Below, in pieces: positions 7,209-17,197 of a stretch of 24,000 nt of DNA (positions within the stretch are counted from its first letter, which is position 1; every line of letters begins with the position of its first letter). The notes beneath the pieces were generated by a model. It was not told the DNA's origin. It ran no database searches and saw nothing but the letters and a program-made list of their open reading frames with translations. Location: NCBI RefSeq assembly GCF_030372765.1, contig NZ_JAUCMW010000014.1:103163-127162 (forward strand), given 5' to 3'. The position numbers were made by a program, and so were the translations under genes. This DNA is from Labilibaculum sp. K2S. Its GTDB lineage: Bacteria; Bacteroidota; Bacteroidia; Bacteroidales; Marinifilaceae.

Positions 7209-9985
7209 CCTTTAATAGGAATTGTGAAAAAGAACTGAGAACCAACAGCTTCTTCCGATTCCATCCATATCTCACCTCCGAGTAATTCTACATAGGCTTT
7301 GGTTATTGATAAGCCAAGACCGGAACCTTCAATTGCTTTCGCATTCTCAAGATCTACTCGAGTGAATCGTTCAAAGATGCTTTTTTGTACATTTTGTGGT
7401 ATTCCGATTCCGGTATCTTTTACAGAGAACTCCAGTAAATCGTTCTTTTTTATACAGCCAAATGTAATTGAACCGGAATTTGTATATTTTATGGCATTAT
7501 TAATTAAGTTGGTAAGAATAGAGGTCAACATTGTGTGATCAGTGAAGATGAGGGATTCTTCAACCGGCAGTATAGATCTAACCCTTAGTTTAATCTCTTT
7601 TTTATCAGCCTCGGGCAAGAAGAAAAGGAGTTGATTTTTGAGTAATTCTGTTACATTAACTTGCGAGATGCATTTAACTATTTGATTGGTTTCAATTTTC
7701 GAAATTTCAATAATAGCATTAATTGTTGCAAGCATTCGCTCACCGCTTTGGGATATTATTTTAATGTATTTTTCGCGTTTTTCGTCACTTATTTTTGGTG
7801 CACTTAACAAATCGGCGAACCCAAGGATACCATTCATTGGAGTCCGGATCTCATGACTCATATTGGCTAAAAAAGCTGTTTTCAATTTCTCACTTTCTTC
7901 CGCTTTTTCCTTGGCTGTAATTAGCTCATTTTCAATGTGTTTTTGTATGGTTAAATCGATGAAATTTGCCAGAAAGTCATTCCCCAATACAATTCCGGAT
8001 ATTAAAATTTGTTTAATACTTCCATCCTTACAGGTTATATCGTATATATCCGGAGTAATGTCTGTTTCATTTTTTATTCCATAGTCAACGGCTTTTTTCC
8101 AGTTGTCCATTACCCATTTTCGATATTCAGGATCAGGATATGCCAATTGCCACCAATTATCTAAGTGAGGAATATCATCCAGAGTATAGCCGAAAGTATT
8201 CAAAAAGCGATCGTTCAGGTATTTAATTTTACCGCTTGTGATGTTCATAAGACTAATAGGTATTGGAACCCGCTGAACAAAAGTTTTAAATTGACTTTCA
8301 CTCTTTATTAATGCCTTTTGTGCTTCCTTTTGATCGGTTATGTCCCGGTGAACCAAGACAATGTGGGAGACTTTTTCAAAGTCATTTTTTATAGGGTACA
8401 CACGGGTTCTTAGCCAGCGACTTTGGCTTTTATAAACAGAACCTGCTTCAATTTCTGATTTATACTGATAATCAGGAATATCTAGTGTTTCTCCGGCATA
8501 AGCACGCTTGATATAGTTTAACATGCCCGTTGAGTGAACCTGAGGACTTTTAAGAATATTAAATTTGAATAAAGTTATTTTTTTAGGGAATTGCCAAAGT
8601 TCTTCGTATGCTTTATTAACAGAAATTTGTAATCCATTTAAATCATATATTTCCACAGTAAATGGAGATTGCTCCATTAACAGTCTGTATCTTTCTTCGC
8701 TTTCTTTTAGTTTATCTTCTGCTTTTTTTCTTGCAGTGATGTCTTGAAAAACACAATAGGTTTGCTTAAATGAGCCATCGGGATGGCAACCGGTGCAGCC
8801 CTGTAGCGAGATGTATTTATATTGCCCTTTTTTGTGTCGAATCTTAAAGTGAACATCATTCACATAGCCACAATCCTTAAATTTTGGAAAATTGAAATCA
8901 AAAATATGCTGCCAATCAGGATGAAGAAATTCACCGTAATTTTTGCCAAGTACATCCTCTTTATTGTAGCCTAAAAAGTTTAGCCAGGTATTATTAACAT
9001 CAATTATAAGGCCATCGCTATCTAAGGAGTGATAGGAAAGAGGAGCATTGTCGAAAAGAGTTTTGTATTTTTTCTCACTTTGTTTTAAGTTGTGATAATA
9101 ACGCATGCGATTTATTGTATCCCCCAATCTTCTACTGATTTCAATAAATAATTTTTTTTCAAGTTGAGTCCATTCCCGTATTTTTGAGCACTCATGAACT
9201 CCAAACAAATAGTTTGTATTATTTATGTTTGTTACCGGAACAATCATTTCAGATTTAATAGTAAGCTTTTTAACATAGGGCTTGCTTTCTTCTGATTCTA
9301 AATAGGTTGAGGTGAAAACATCATTGGCGGGGTATTTTCTTTTTCCCAAAAGTTCTTGTTGATAATTAGTGATTAATTCGCTTGTGTCACTTATTGGAAT
9401 GCATTTCATCTGGGATTTAACAACCTCAATAGGTGGCAATTGAAACTCCTTTTTTGTATCGATAGAAGTGAGAAAAAAGGCACGATCGGTTTTGAATACT
9501 TCCTGCACCACATTCAGTACATCAAAAATCATTTTTTTTATGTCTTTTGAAATAAGGGTAATCTGGTGTATTTTCTCAAGTGTATCAATGTAGGTGAAAA
9601 GATTTTGTTTCACCTCAATTTGTTCAGATATGTCCCGGGAAATACCTATTATAAGTTTGCTGCCGTTTTCATTTAACAAAGATATACTAACTTCAACGGG
9701 GAATGTAGAACCATCTTTTCGTTTGTGATAGGTAGTTAGTTTGTAATGTTTTTCACGATTCAGAATTGAGAAAAATTCGAGAACCTGCTCCTTGGTTTTG
9801 TATTCAGCATCAACATCATAAATAGATAGAGCAAGAAGCTCTTCTTTTGTGTATCCCAAATTAGTACAAGCCTGTTTGTTAACTTCAATCAACTTCCCAT
9901 CAAGATTGGACAAATACATTGCGTCTCCTGAATTAAGGACTAATGATTGGTATAAATTGGCGTGCTTTTGGTCGGGGATGGTCAT
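7205..9985 (-). CDS. cytoplasmic multi-PAS (plus a possible GAF-like region) sensor histidine kinase
   Basis: 926 aa. Several PAS-like repeats (e.g. RKDGS.F.VE, DIT..K.AE). H-box SHEIRTPMNGI. HATPase N and G boxes (NLINNAIKYT, DTGIGI, GSGLGLSI). No receiver domain and no adjacent response regulator. Confidence 0.9.
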   Translation of the reverse strand: MTIPDQKHANLYQSLVLNSGDAMYLSNLDGKLIEVNKQACTNLGYTKEELLALSIYDVDAEYKTKEQVLEFFSILNREKHYKLTTYHKRKDGSTFPVEVSISLLNENGSKLIIGISRDISEQIEVKQNLFTYIDTLEKIHQITLISKDIKKMIFDVLNVVQEVFKTDRAFFLTSIDTKKEFQLPPIEVVKSQMKCIPISDTSELITNYQQELLGKRKYPANDVFTSTYLESEESKPYVKKLTIKSEMIVPVTNINNTNYLFGVHECSKIREWTQLEKKLFIEISRRLGDTINRMRYYHNLKQSEKKYKTLFDNAPLSYHSLDSDGLIIDVNNTWLNFLGYNKEDVLGKNYGEFLHPDWQHIFDFNFPKFKDCGYVNDVHFKIRHKKGQYKYISLQGCTGCHPDGSFKQTYCVFQDITARKKAEDKLKESEERYRLLMEQSPFTVEIYDLNGLQISVNKAYEELWQFPKKITLFKFNILKSPQVHSTGMLNYIKRAYAGETLDIPDYQYKSEIEAGSVYKSQSRWLRTRVYPIKNDFEKVSHIVLVHRDITDQKEAQKALIKSESQFKTFVQRVPIPISLMNITSGKIKYLNDRFLNTFGYTLDDIPHLDNWWQLAYPDPEYRKWVMDNWKKAVDYGIKNETDITPDIYDITCKDGSIKQILISGIVLGNDFLANFIDLTIQKHIENELITAKEKAEESEKLKTAFLANMSHEIRTPMNGILGFADLLSAPKISDEKREKYIKIISQSGERMLATINAIIEISKIETNQIVKCISQVNVTELLKNQLLFFLPEADKKEIKLRVRSILPVEESLIFTDHTMLTSILTNLINNAIKYTNSGSITFGCIKKNDLLEFSVKDTGIGIPQNVQKSIFERFTRVDLENAKAIEGSGLGLSITKAYVELLGGEIWMESEEAVGSQFFFTIPIKG

Positions 9986-10145
9986 TGCACAATTCTTTTG
10001 GTTGAATTCTCACTAAGATACAAAAAAAACCTGCTAATCTGTTGTCTTGCAGCTTATTTTGTTGCATTCAATGCAATTGAATTCTTTGTTTTGCAGAGCT
10101 GATTATACATAAATGAACTCTATTAAGTAAAGGAACATTTTGGTA

Positions 10146-11219
10146 TTAATATTTCAAGGCTAACTCTATCCCGTCAATTGCCCGAAAAGCACCTTCGGCT
10201 AAAGCTTCCATTTCATTTTCTCCCGGATAAACAAAGAAATCTGTAAGGTCTGAAACATATTCTTTTAAATCAGAAATGAAGTGCTCCGAATAGGCCACCC
10301 CACCAGTTATGATAACTCCATTCGCCTTGCATTTAAGAGCAACATGGTAAGCACCAATCTCTTTGGCTATTTGATAGACAAAAGCATCGTAAACCAGTTG
10401 TGCTTTTTCATTGCCTTCATCAATTAATTTGAAAACATCACGTAAATCATCAACACCTAAGTAGGCTTTCAGTCCACTATTTTTACTTAGCAATGTTTCA
10501 ACCTCTTTTCGAGGCATGGAGTAACACAAATCCATAACGCCACGACTAGGCAAAGCTCCGGCCCGGTTAGGCGAGAAGGGTCCCATTCCCATTAAGGCAT
10601 CGTTTACATCTACAATTTTGCCGCCATCAATTGCAGCAATGGAAATTCCACCACCCAAATGAGCAATTACATACTTGGCCTTTTCGAAAGGGATATTTTG
10701 TTGTTTTGCAATTTTACGGGCAGTCATTTTCATGTTTAAAGGATGCCCTCTTCTGTTTCGTTCAATGCCCGGCACACCTGATATACGTGCTTTTTCCCAA
10801 ATGTTGCCCGCAGAAACAGGATCAACCGTAAAACTCTCATTCAGATTAAAATGTTTAGCCAGTTTATTGGCCAGCATACTTCCCAAATTTGAGGCATGAT
10901 CGCCATATTTTCCAGTTTTGGCATCTTCAAGAAAGCTGTTGCTGATTTTGTAAGTTCCACCTTCAAGAGGTTTTACAATGCCGCCACGACCCACGATACC
11001 AACCACAATTGCATCCTTTTTTTTAAACATTTTGTCCAATACGGCTTCTACCATTTGGTAGCGGTATTCAAACTGATCGGTAACCTTATGAAACTGATCC
11101 AGTTCCTTTTGCGAATGGCGAATAATATGTTCATTAATAAGCTCTGATCTGTTGTATAATGCGATTTTAGTAGATGTTGACCCCGGGTTGATTACGATGA
11201 CAATTTCCTTTGAATTCAT
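10146..11219 (-). CDS. buk: butyrate (short-chain acyl) kinase
   Basis: 357 aa. The N-terminus IVINPGSTSTKIALY and the ASKHA-fold pattern are typical of Buk. Confidence 0.9.
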   Translation of the reverse strand: MNSKEIVIVINPGSTSTKIALYNRSELINEHIIRHSQKELDQFHKVTDQFEYRYQMVEAVLDKMFKKKDAIVVGIVGRGGIVKPLEGGTYKISNSFLEDAKTGKYGDHASNLGSMLANKLAKHFNLNESFTVDPVSAGNIWEKARISGVPGIERNRRGHPLNMKMTARKIAKQQNIPFEKAKYVIAHLGGGISIAAIDGGKIVDVNDALMGMGPFSPNRAGALPSRGVMDLCYSMPRKEVETLLSKNSGLKAYLGVDDLRDVFKLIDEGNEKAQLVYDAFVYQIAKEIGAYHVALKCKANGVIITGGVAYSEHFISDLKEYVSDLTDFFVYPGENEMEALAEGAFRAIDGIELALKY

Positions 11220-11306
11220 AGAGTTGGAGAGTTGAGTTTAAGATGTGATTTTTGAAAGTACGAAAAGAAACTTAATCATGAAGTAATTCAAATTATTTTT
11301 TGGAAT

Positions 11307-11510
11307 TTAAGTAGTGGTCAATAAGCCTTTTTTACTTTTCTCCATATTCTGTATCATATTTATGAATTCAATGGACTGCTGAGCTTTTTCAGGAATCTTC
11401 AGATATTTTGCCCATTTTGTCACAAATCCCTGCATTTTTTTAAAGATAAATGCTTCCATATCCAAAACACGATAAAAATCGATGAACTCGCATAATTGCA
11501 AAGCTTTCAT
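11307..11510 (-). CDS. hypothetical small protein (doubtful)
   Basis: 67-aa ORF and the only ORF in the buk-hemN spacer. No recognisable motif. Confidence 0.2.
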   Translation of the reverse strand: MKALQLCEFIDFYRVLDMEAFIFKKMQGFVTKWAKYLKIPEKAQQSIEFINMIQNMEKSKKGLLTTT

Positions 11511-11553
11511 GTATTTGTAAAGGCTTTCGGGAGCGTTATCTTATAAAAAAAGA

Positions 11554-11561
11554 TATATTTG
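11554..11561 (+). promoter_or_regulatory. candidate -7 box (TAnnTTTG) for hemN
   Basis: tatatttg lies about 30 nt upstream of the ATG at 11592. Motif match only. Confidence 0.35.
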
Positions 11562-11591
11562 TATGGTATTAATTCGAAAGAAGGTTTAGTT

Positions 11592-12956
11592 ATGGACAGA
11601 GAATTATTAATTGAAAAATATAATGTACCAGTACCTCGGTACACAAGTTACCCAACGGTTCCTTTTTGGGGAAATCAGCGACCGAAAGCAGGAGATTGGC
11701 TGCAGGTTGTGAAAAGGACTTTTGATGAATCAAATACTTCCAAAGGAATTAGTATTTATGTTCATTTGCCTTACTGCGAAAAACTCTGTACCTACTGTGC
11801 CTGTACAAAAGTGATTACCCGTAATCATGGTGTAGAAGATCAATACATAGATGCTTTGTTGAAGGAGTGGCAAATTTATCTGGATACCTTTCAGGAGCAG
11901 CCAATTATTCGGGAGCTTCATTTGGGAGGTGGAACGCCAACTTTTTTCCATCCTGAAAATCTGAAAAAATTAATCAATGGCCTGAAAAAGAATGCAAAAC
12001 TGCATCCTAAGCATGAATTTAGCTTCGAAGGCCATCCGAATAATACCACCTGTGAGCATTTACAAGCTTTGTACGATGTTGGATTTCGCAGAGTGAGCTT
12101 TGGGGTTCAGGATTTCGATCCTGAGGTACAAAGGGTAATTAACCGTCCTCAAAGTTTCGAAACGGTTAAGGAAGTAACCATAGCTGCCCGTGAGATTGGT
12201 TACCATTCGGTAAACTTCGATTTAATTTACGGACTTCCAAAGCAAAAATTGACTTCGGTGAGTGATACTTTTGAGAAGGTAGCCGAGCTGAAACCCGATC
12301 GGATTGCTTACTATTCATACGCTCATGTGCCCTGGAAAACCAAAGGACAGCGGATATTTACCGATGCCGATATTCCGGATAGTGCAGAAAAACGTGCATT
12401 GTACGATTTGGGAAATGAGAAACTGGCAGAATTGGGCTACAGCGATGTAGGAATGGATCATTTTTCATTGCCTCACGACGAATTGTACATTGCCCGCGAA
12501 GCCAAGCGGCTGCACCGTAATTTTATGGGATACAACACTTCGCATACCGAATTGTTAATTGGTTTGGGAGCTTCTTCCATATCAGATGCTAAATATGCCT
12601 ATGCACAAAATGTAAAGCTGATTAAGGCTTACGAAGAGGCCTCGATGAAAAGTGAGCTTGATTTGGAGAAAGGTTACTTCTTAAGCGATGAGGATGTGAT
12701 TGTAAAGCGTGCGATATTGGATATTACTTGTCGTAGGGAATTGCTTTTTACAGATGCTTTAAAAGCATATTTGCCGGAAACGATTAAAGAGGAATTGCAG
12801 GTGTTAGCTGATGAAGGAATTATTACTGTTGATGATGAAAAATTGGTGGTAACCGATTTGGGTATGATCTTCCTAAGAAATATTGCTAAATTGTTTGATA
12901 ACAAACTTCGTTACGCAAAAAGCGGAGAGAATAATATGTTTTCGAAGTCGATTTAA
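11592..12956 (+). CDS. hemN: oxygen-independent coproporphyrinogen III oxidase (radical SAM)
   Basis: CX3CX2C radical-SAM cluster motif in YVHLPYCEKLCTYCAC. GGGTPT motif. HemN length and C-terminal domain. I prefer the ATG at 11592 to the TTG at 11559, which overlaps the -7 box. Confidence 0.9.
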   Translation: MDRELLIEKYNVPVPRYTSYPTVPFWGNQRPKAGDWLQVVKRTFDESNTSKGISIYVHLPYCEKLCTYCACTKVITRNHGVEDQYIDALLKEWQIYLDTFQEQPIIRELHLGGGTPTFFHPENLKKLINGLKKNAKLHPKHEFSFEGHPNNTTCEHLQALYDVGFRRVSFGVQDFDPEVQRVINRPQSFETVKEVTIAAREIGYHSVNFDLIYGLPKQKLTSVSDTFEKVAELKPDRIAYYSYAHVPWKTKGQRIFTDADIPDSAEKRALYDLGNEKLAELGYSDVGMDHFSLPHDELYIAREAKRLHRNFMGYNTSHTELLIGLGASSISDAKYAYAQNVKLIKAYEEASMKSELDLEKGYFLSDEDVIVKRAILDITCRRELLFTDALKAYLPETIKEELQVLADEGIITVDDEKLVVTDLGMIFLRNIAKLFDNKLRYAKSGENNMFSKSI

Positions 12957-12973
12957 AGCAAGAATAAGATAGA

Positions 12974-13009
12974 AAAATCCGGTAGTTGCAATTGATTACC
13001 GGATTTTTT
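12974..13009 (+). terminator. rho-independent terminator of hemN
   Basis: Perfect 11-bp stem aaaatccggta / taccggatttt with a 12-nt loop, running into a T tract. Confidence 0.75.
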
Positions 13010-13275
13010 ATGGGTTTTATTTTGCAACGAACAAATTAGAGCCATTTTTACTTGATTGGTTGTTCATATTTTCTTGCTGCCAATCAATTTGTACAACAAT
13101 AAAAGATTACATATACTTTATAGATTATAAAACACTTATATTAGGTGTACCAAAATGCCGCTTAATTTTAAGTAGTAATCTGCATCCGTATTTTAGGATG
13201 CGGCACAGAAAATGGGAACGAAATTTCGCAAGGGAATTCAGCAAAGGTTCGGCAAAATCTTCTAAAACAATCACT

Positions 13276-14139
13276 ATGAATTATGAAAATTATGCAAAGA
13301 ACGTTCTCCTTTTTGGTCTGTTCCTGGTTATCTGTACCCTGTTCCAAAAAGTGAATGCACAAGAACTGACGAAAGAGGAATTCAAGGATTCGATTGGTAA
13401 AATACCGTATTTTTCTATCCATAAGGATAATTATTTCATTTCGGGCGTTCCCACCAATACGAGCATCAACAGGAATACGGCCAACGCAAAATACCAGATC
13501 AGTTTTAAGCAGATGATCTCAAGACATATAATGCCTTGGGACACTTATCTTTTTATGACCTACAGTCAAACGGCTTTTTGGGATATTTATGCGGAATCTT
13601 TACCCTTTAAAGCGATAGACTTTAACCCTACGATAAGCGTAGGCAGGGCTTTTTTTGATAAAAACCATAAACTGAAGGGCTTGGGTGTTTTGAGCTTAGA
13701 GCACGAATCAAACGGAAGGGACAGTATTTTCTCCAGAAGTTGGAATAGAATTAGTGTGGAATACACGACCAAAGTTAGTAGTAGGATTTCGGGAAAGATA
13801 AAAGCTTGGATACCATTTGGCTATAAATCAGGCAATCCGGATATTCTGGATTATCGGGGGCTTGGGGAACTAGAGCTTTCCTACGAGGCCGTTCCGAAAC
13901 AACTTTACTTCGAAATTATGATGAGAAAAGGATTGAAGTGGGAGTTTACCGGTACTCTTCGTCCCCGAATTTATTATAATCCTTTCAAGAACAGGTCAAA
14001 CCAGTATTTAATGCTGGAATGGTATGTTGGACAGGGAGAAGGTTTGGCTAATTACCAGAAATCTGTTAGTATGGTTCGATTAGGCTATGTAATAAAGAGC
14101 AATGAACTGAATTTTCTGAAAAGGAAAAGGTCGAGATAA
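13276..14139 (+). CDS. pldA: outer-membrane phospholipase A1 (OMPLA)
   Basis: Signal peptide from the ATG at 13276 (MNYENYAKNVLLFGLFLVICTLFQKVNAQ). OMPLA-type catalytic His-x-Ser-Asn-Gly block (LEHESNGRD) and the N-terminal HKDNYFI motif. Confidence 0.8.
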   Translation: MNYENYAKNVLLFGLFLVICTLFQKVNAQELTKEEFKDSIGKIPYFSIHKDNYFISGVPTNTSINRNTANAKYQISFKQMISRHIMPWDTYLFMTYSQTAFWDIYAESLPFKAIDFNPTISVGRAFFDKNHKLKGLGVLSLEHESNGRDSIFSRSWNRISVEYTTKVSSRISGKIKAWIPFGYKSGNPDILDYRGLGELELSYEAVPKQLYFEIMMRKGLKWEFTGTLRPRIYYNPFKNRSNQYLMLEWYVGQGEGLANYQKSVSMVRLGYVIKSNELNFLKRKRSR

Positions 14140-14323
14140 CTTATAGCCAAAAGATACTTTCGTTTCAACTTTATAGGATATTGAACCAATTATAATATTT
14201 TTTTAAAAATACTAAGCATATTTTTTTCTGAAATCTTAGAGCACGGGCACTATTAACTTGTGAGGAAATTAATTTATTCAGCTGAGCTAAAAGGGGAATC
14301 AATTGTCCGAAAAGTTTCAGAAA

Positions 14324-15031
14324 TTACCTTACAGTTACATGAATGCATTTTGTTTGACCTTCCAAAAGAACGTAACATTTACCCTCATCCTGCATTTTAA
14401 TTAATACGCGCAGTAATACATTTCGAAGGCGGTAGGTATAAACAGGTTTACTATTCCCTCTTTCAAAAAAACGTGTTTGCGAAATATCAAAGGTTCGGCC
14501 ATAATAATGCGATGATTTATTTGGCGTAGCGTTTACATTGCTTCTGCGCAGCGATTTTTGATCTGCCAGGGTTCGTAATATGGATGTAACTGAAAACCGA
14601 TATTTTCTCATTCCCAATTCTTCGAGTTGCTCGCAAAACTCTTCACCAAGCAGCTCTAAAAATTCTACGGCTGGTTCTTGCAGGTAAGGAAGTGAATTTG
14701 TTAAATGGGGTATTTCGTAGTACTTGTTGTCGGTTATTTTGTCGAGCTGATAACGGTTGCCAAACTCTTTGGCGTTTGTTTTATACTCGTCTTTTGAAAG
14801 CAAAGGCTTTTCCAACCCTTTGCTTCGGGCTACCTCAAGATGATAATTGTTATTATAACGGCGCAAGGCTCTGCTTTCATCTTTTGTTAGTATGGGAACA
14901 GGGATCTGGGCTTCGGTTTTGCCTTTAGGGCTTAAGCTTTTGACAAAAAATAGTAACAATATAATGGCTGCTGCCAGCACAGCAAGTAGCAGCGCTTTAC
15001 GAACTTTAGGTTTTAATTTTCTTTTAGTCAT
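14324..15031 (-). CDS. membrane-anchored M15/VanY-like (LAS-type) peptidase-like protein
   Basis: 235 aa. N-terminal TM anchor. SxHxxGxxxD-type metal-binding block (SSHYYGRTFDIS) and a C-terminal His (CIHVTV). Family assignment is by motif only. Confidence 0.55.
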   Translation of the reverse strand: MTKRKLKPKVRKALLLAVLAAAIILLLFFVKSLSPKGKTEAQIPVPILTKDESRALRRYNNNYHLEVARSKGLEKPLLSKDEYKTNAKEFGNRYQLDKITDNKYYEIPHLTNSLPYLQEPAVEFLELLGEEFCEQLEELGMRKYRFSVTSILRTLADQKSLRRSNVNATPNKSSHYYGRTFDISQTRFFERGNSKPVYTYRLRNVLLRVLIKMQDEGKCYVLLEGQTKCIHVTVR

Positions 15032-15574
15032 CTCTAGGTTTTACGCACACAAAGCTAAAAAAAACAAACTTTATTTAATTTACAGACTGTCCTTTATTTT
15101 GTTGTAGGAATACTATCAGTCCACTATTCTTTCAAATGATGGTTTGCATTTTATGGTGTCATGAGCGGTTACGAGGCTATTTCCTGTCAAACCACGATGG
15201 AGTCGAGTGGACTGCAAGCTTTGATAGTTTTTCGTTGTATCTGAGTTGTTTATTGCAACATTCTTTACAAGTACATTCTACCTTATCTAATTTACAGTCA
15301 GATATATTTGTATTCTCCAAAAGTGTGAATCATGTAACTAACACACAAAATTATGTAATGATTTATTTGGCATTTAGCCCGATCTTTATAAGGTAAAATA
15401 TTATTCACAACTGTATGGTCATTTGTGTCAATAAAATCTCACAACCTAAACATAACTTAGCTAAAGAGAAATTGGAATGAGCAGAAAATAATCTCAAAAA
15501 GAAATTCGCAGCAACGATATAAATTGGGTGAAGATTTTGCAACTATAAATGATAAACAGACTAAAAAACAAATT

Positions 15575-15730
15575 ATGGGGAATATTCTTTATGTCATCGC
15601 GGTATTTTTGCTTATAGCATGGGGCATAGGCTTTATTGGTTATAATGCAGGTCAAATTATTCACATTCTTCTGGTAATTGCAATTATTTCAGTTATTCTG
15701 AGACTTGTTCAAGGTAGAAGAAAAATGTAA
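15575..15730 (+). CDS. lmo0937-type small membrane protein (51 aa)
   Basis: MGNILYVIAVFLLIAWGIGFIGYNAGQIIHILLVIAIISVILRLVQGRRKM. Two TM helices and a basic tail, the characteristic pattern of this mini-protein family. I prefer the ATG at 15575 to the TTG at 15524. Confidence 0.65.
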   Translation: MGNILYVIAVFLLIAWGIGFIGYNAGQIIHILLVIAIISVILRLVQGRRKM

Positions 15731-15892
15731 TAAATTATTTGCAGTACATAATGCAATTAAAACGTTTAATCGCTTTGTGAAAAATTACAGAAAATAGGGA
15801 GTGTCGCCACCGGCATCCTTTATAATTTCTTAAATGTACTTTTTCAACTTTAATACACAATAATTAAATTTTATTTAAAACACCTTCGCTAC

Positions 15893-16375
15893 ATGAAAAC
15901 ACTTAAAATGAAAAGGGTTATGATTGCACTTGATTATGATCCAACAGCACAAAAAGTAGCTGAAATAGGTTTTACTTTAGCTGCAGCAATGAAAGCTGAA
16001 GTTATTCTGATGCATGTAATTACCGACATAATATACTATTCATCTGTGGCCTATTCCCCAATAATGGGATATACCGGTATGATGGCCATGAATCAAGTAA
16101 AAAAGGACAGTGCTGGAAGTTTAATGAATGCTTCAAATCATTTCCTTGATAAAATAAAAGATCACTTGGGTGATAAGGATATAAAAACCGTTGTTCAGGA
16201 GGGTGATTTTGCCGAATCAATAATAAATACGGCAAAAAAGCAAAATGCCGATATTATTGTAATGGGATCGCATAGTAAGAAATGGTTGGAAAATATTCTA
16301 ATGGGAAGTGTGACTGAAAAAGTATTGCAAGAAAGCATTGTTCCGTTATTTATTGTTCCTACTAAAAAGCGGTAA
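15893..16375 (+). CDS. universal stress protein (UspA family)
   Basis: 160 aa. IALDYD... at the N-terminus and the ATP-binding-type G-x2-G-x9-G(S/T) block (VMGSHSKKWLENILMGSVTEKV). Confidence 0.85.
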   Translation: MKTLKMKRVMIALDYDPTAQKVAEIGFTLAAAMKAEVILMHVITDIIYYSSVAYSPIMGYTGMMAMNQVKKDSAGSLMNASNHFLDKIKDHLGDKDIKTVVQEGDFAESIINTAKKQNADIIVMGSHSKKWLENILMGSVTEKVLQESIVPLFIVPTKKR

Positions 16376-16433
16376 CAATCTCTTTTGGCTTGAATAGAGA
16401 AATAAAATAATTAACAAATTAAGATTCAAAACA

Positions 16434-16895
16434 ATGAAAAATTCAATTTTATTCCTCGCGGGTATCTTCTTATTGACTGTCGCAATATTTTCCGGTTGCC
16501 AGTCATCCGACAAAAAAGTGAAAAATGCAGAAGCTAAAGTGCAGGATGCCAAAAAGGATTTGGTCGATTCAAAGAAAAACTTGTACGATATAAGGCTGGA
16601 TACTATTAGTAACTATGAGCAATTCAAAATAGAAGCTGAAAAGATAATTCTTGCTCAGGAGGATAACATTAACGAAATTAAGGACAAACTGGCAAGTGAA
16701 AAAAAAGAAATCAATGCTGATTATAATAAAAAGTTGGAAGAGTTGGAAAACAAAAACAACGAATTAAAAAAGAAACTGGAAGACTATAAAGATGATGGAC
16801 TGGACAAATGGAATGGTTTTAAAAATGAATTTAACCACGACATGAATAAATTGGGTAAAGCTTTTAACGATTTAACAGTTGAAAATATAAAATAA
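16434..16895 (+). CDS. coiled-coil lipoprotein
   Basis: Lipobox (AIFSGC) after the signal peptide. The rest is K/E-rich and heptad-like (KLEELENKNNELKKKLEDYK). Confidence 0.7.
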   Translation: MKNSILFLAGIFLLTVAIFSGCQSSDKKVKNAEAKVQDAKKDLVDSKKNLYDIRLDTISNYEQFKIEAEKIILAQEDNINEIKDKLASEKKEINADYNKKLEELENKNNELKKKLEDYKDDGLDKWNGFKNEFNHDMNKLGKAFNDLTVENIK

Positions 16896-16927
16896 ACATT
16901 TGATATTTTTAAATAAATTGAAAGATT

Positions 16928-17083
16928 ATGAAAAATCTACTATATGTAATTGCTGGATTATTAATTCTAATCTGGATAATTATTTTTAAACCTTCATCAA
17001 GTGTTCATTTATGGCTTGTATTAGCGGGTCTAATTCTTTTAATCAGGATTGTATTCGATAAAAAATTATCAAATAAAAAATAA
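16928..17083 (+). CDS. second lmo0937-like small membrane protein (51 aa, absent from the supplied ORF track)
   Basis: ATG at 16928 to TAA at 17081-17083. MKNLLYVIAGLLILIWIIIFKPSSSVHLWLVLAGLILLIRIVFDKKLSNKK has the same two-helix architecture and N-terminal pattern as 15575-15730. Confidence 0.55.
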   Translation: MKNLLYVIAGLLILIWIIIFKPSSSVHLWLVLAGLILLIRIVFDKKLSNKK

Positions 17084-17197
17084 ATTCAAATTGTAATCAT
17101 ATGAAACGTCTATGACAGGGATATTTTGACACACAGAGGCATAATTATTCCAGCATGGTAAGTTCCATATGGCAAATCAAAAACAAATTATAATCAT

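Noticed and set aside
212-11147. Many 60-110-aa ORFs nested antisense or out of frame within larger genes. Examples: 212-415, 453-653, 747-995, 1630-1845, 2733-2918, 4498-4806, 5313-5501, 5570-5770, 6687-7022, 7299-7538, 7863-8084, 8565-8747, 10631-11147.
   Set aside because: Each lies inside, or overlaps the end of, a longer ORF with clear family motifs. The sequences are low-complexity or hydrophobic junk typical of shadow ORFs in AT-rich DNA. The same applies to 11730-11951, 12674-12904, 13168-13772, 14692-15107, 16020-16552, 17986-18987 and 22101-22286.
11220-11558. A possible missing ptb gene or degraded ptb pseudogene upstream of buk.
   Set aside because: The 340-bp spacer is far too short. 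Its only ORF (67 aa) shows no phosphate acyltransferase motifs.
13060-13275. The 72-codon N-terminal extension of the phospholipase A ORF in the supplied track (TTG start at 13060).
   Set aside because: The extension is Cys- and Arg-rich with no signal peptide. The ATG at 13276 immediately gives a canonical signal peptide ending VNAQ.
15136-15396. An 86-aa plus-strand ORF in the M15-like / stress-cluster spacer.
   Set aside because: It has no recognisable motif and an odd composition, and it overlaps the stem structure at 15112-15228. It is probably non-coding.
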